The translations under genes and the position numbers were made by a program. This document shows, piece after piece, positions 62,100-64,000 of a stretch of DNA of 64,000 nt (the stretch's first letter is position 1; each line of letters opens with the position of its first letter). Origin of the DNA: Porphyridium purpureum (lineage: Eukaryota); contig VRMN01000010.1 of the NCBI GenBank assembly GCA_008690995.1, forward strand, positions 558,001-622,000, read 5' to 3'. Under the pieces are notes generated by a model. That model saw nothing but the letters and a program-made list of their open reading frames with translations. It had not been told where the DNA came from and searched no databases.

Positions 62100-63710
62100 C
62101 TAGCGCCCAGGATGTCAGAAGGAGCTACTCTTGTGTGAAAACGGTAAATCAATTATTCGGTACCTAAAGCTGAACAGTTGCGCTGAACCGCCCGTCGAGG
62201 CGGCCGGCGCTTGTTTTAGACTCTTGAGTTTCTTGGTGTGTTGGGCATAAAAGTTCATTTTGTTCGTGGAAAGGAACAAATTTATGGAGCGGCGCACATG
62301 GTGCGCGCACATCTTATAGGAGACCGTCGGACACCCGTACACACACCCGCGCTGCAGCTGACATGAGCAGTAGTCGGCGCATCGCTGGTGATAAGGACGG
62401 CTGCGTCTTTGGAAGAGCAAGAGACTCTGTTGAGGAAGTTAACCCACCGGATGAAGTGTTTTCGATGGGGGGGAGAGCGAACGCACGACCTGCTGACGAG
62501 GAAAGAGGCGGCGCAACAGGTCCCAGGGATGAGTGGCACGACCCCAACGCCACGCGGAGAGTGCGATATTTCCGGCTCTCGCGGCTGCTCTATGTAAGGG
62601 AATTATCCGGTCGGGCGGAGCTAGGATTGCCGGTCTCTTGAGGTGATAGAAGCTTTAGACTTAAGTATCAGGAATATTTGAGTTACTATAAAAAGGAAGC
62701 TTTGTCAAAGCGATGGAGTTTATGGACTGTTGAGCGGCGACACCCGCGGGTCCGGACGTCTCGGATTTTGTACAGAATCATTCAAGAAAACAGCTTTCAA
62801 GACACGGACTAAGTACATGGGAACCGCTAGGCATTCTGATTACAAAGCATCGTAATCCTGATAAGTAACTAAGAGGAGCTGAAAACGGGTGTCAAAAGAA
62901 TTTCTAACAGCTCTAAGGTTGGAATGTAGGAGACCTCTGGAAAGACTCTCCAAAAAACTCTCGGAAAAGGTCTGATCCACTCAAACTCAAGATTCTGCAC
63001 GCAAAAAGAGTTTTCTAACAGCATTTCTTGGTAGTACTCCAGAGGCGAAAGAGGATCTAATTTCAACACACGGACTGAGTGCGCGGCTAGACGAGCGTGG
63101 AAAGCACACGCAGAACTGCTCAATGGGACTCACTCGGTACGGCGGCAATTCCACGGTCGTTGACGTCCTGGTCCGTGTCGCGACTTCTGCGGGGCATAGG
63201 GTCCGCAACGAAGTCCATCTCGATGATTCACCGGACATCGTAGGCGCGCGTCCCGGCGACGTTTCATTCAGCAGCCATCTCGTTAATGTCGACGTCGTTG
63301 CGTTCAACCGGGTTGCCACTGCGGGTATCCGCAAGCGAGGCTGCTTTGCTGCCGCTCGTGCAGCGACCGCAGCTAGCTCCTCAGGTCATACCGCCAACGT
63401 GGTGGCCTTCACCGTCTCCACATGTGGAAACGTGGACTCACTCGGACATTCTTTTCTGGCCAAAGACGCGCGCGACTTTGTTCGCAAGCGACAGATACGC
63501 CCAGCATGGGCCCTGACGGTGGCTTCCCAGGTTGTGTCCTTGACTGTTTACCGCGGCGTCGCTCATGCCATACTTCTACGGTACGCGGCTGGGTATGCGA
63601 CCTTCACGTCGGGTGGCTTGCGCTGGCTCCCACACGTGACTCTGGCACTCGGCGCATCCGTACCGAGCGCTTCAGCTGACCATACCCGCGCTGCTAAGTT
63701 TCGCTCCTAA
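62100..63710 (+). mobile_element. Decayed non-LTR retrotransposon 3' part (CRE-clade-like, restriction-like endonuclease)
   Basis: LSGRAELGL (cf. LP.R.GGLG), zinc knuckle remnant ARLDERGKHTQNC, then VVDVL...AGHRV..E...RPGDV...VDV...STCG...SLTVYRGVAHAI (RLE-like). The 5' limit is approximate. Confidence 0.7.
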
Positions 63711-64000
63711 GTCATTCGCAAGCCAGCTCCTGAATTGCTCGGGCTGAGCCATTGATTGAGACAAATCGTGCAGGTGGAAAAGGGCACCTTTTTGCATAGT
63801 ACGATGGGGTTGTCTTTTACTACAAGACCTACTCGCACGGTTCAGTTAGGATGAAGCGATAACGCGTGTGGACGATCACCTTGCGTCGCGGCCGTGCCTG
63901 TACGGCCTTGCGCATGCGCGCCTGTGCTCCTGTGTGTGCATAACTGTGTCGGTGTGCGTATGCGCCTGCGCGCCTGCGTGCGTCTGGCGAGGGCGTGTCT

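Noticed and set aside
61009..62100. Possible gypsy gag/protease or HMG-box remnant on the minus strand
   Set aside because: Only weak fragments (PSSYFLF, LLDS); not enough to support a call.

Overview
Eukaryotic nuclear DNA with high GC, high gene density and almost no introns. It is most likely a unicellular red alga such as Porphyridium; this is an inference from an MAFV-type plastid transit peptide, intron scarcity and gene content. Bases 1-54.4 kb hold about 26 tightly packed genes: WDTC1/DCAF-like WD40, DUF1499-like plastid protein, cyclophilin B, Prp43/DHX15, COG4, NDUFS8, guanine deaminase, Cys-rich secreted protein, ACBP-ankyrin, ABHD4/5-like hydrolase, RPLP0, RCC1-repeat protein, D-cysteine desulfhydrase, plastid 2Fe-2S protein, Sec3, a 23-aa-repeat (STPR-like) protein, ADPRM, a PepN-fragment/4TM chimera, two tandem cullins (one frameshifted), LSm4, a zinc-ribbon protein, a spliced LSm10-like gene only partly captured by the ORF track, and a bacterial-style secreted Ig/lectin/GSDH/Kelch protein of about 1760 aa. 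A decayed Tc1/mariner transposase lies at about 24 kb. From 55.1 kb the window is transposon debris: a degenerate Ty1/copia element with both LTRs, a nested solo LTR with a 5-bp TSD, and a CRE-like non-LTR relic. The most notable points are the LSm10-like gene (a U7 snRNP-specific protein in animals), the PepN-TM chimera, the stand-alone STPR protein, the HGT-like giant secreted protein and a recurrent GTACAG/CTGTAC promoter motif. All family calls come from motif recognition by eye; no database searches were run.
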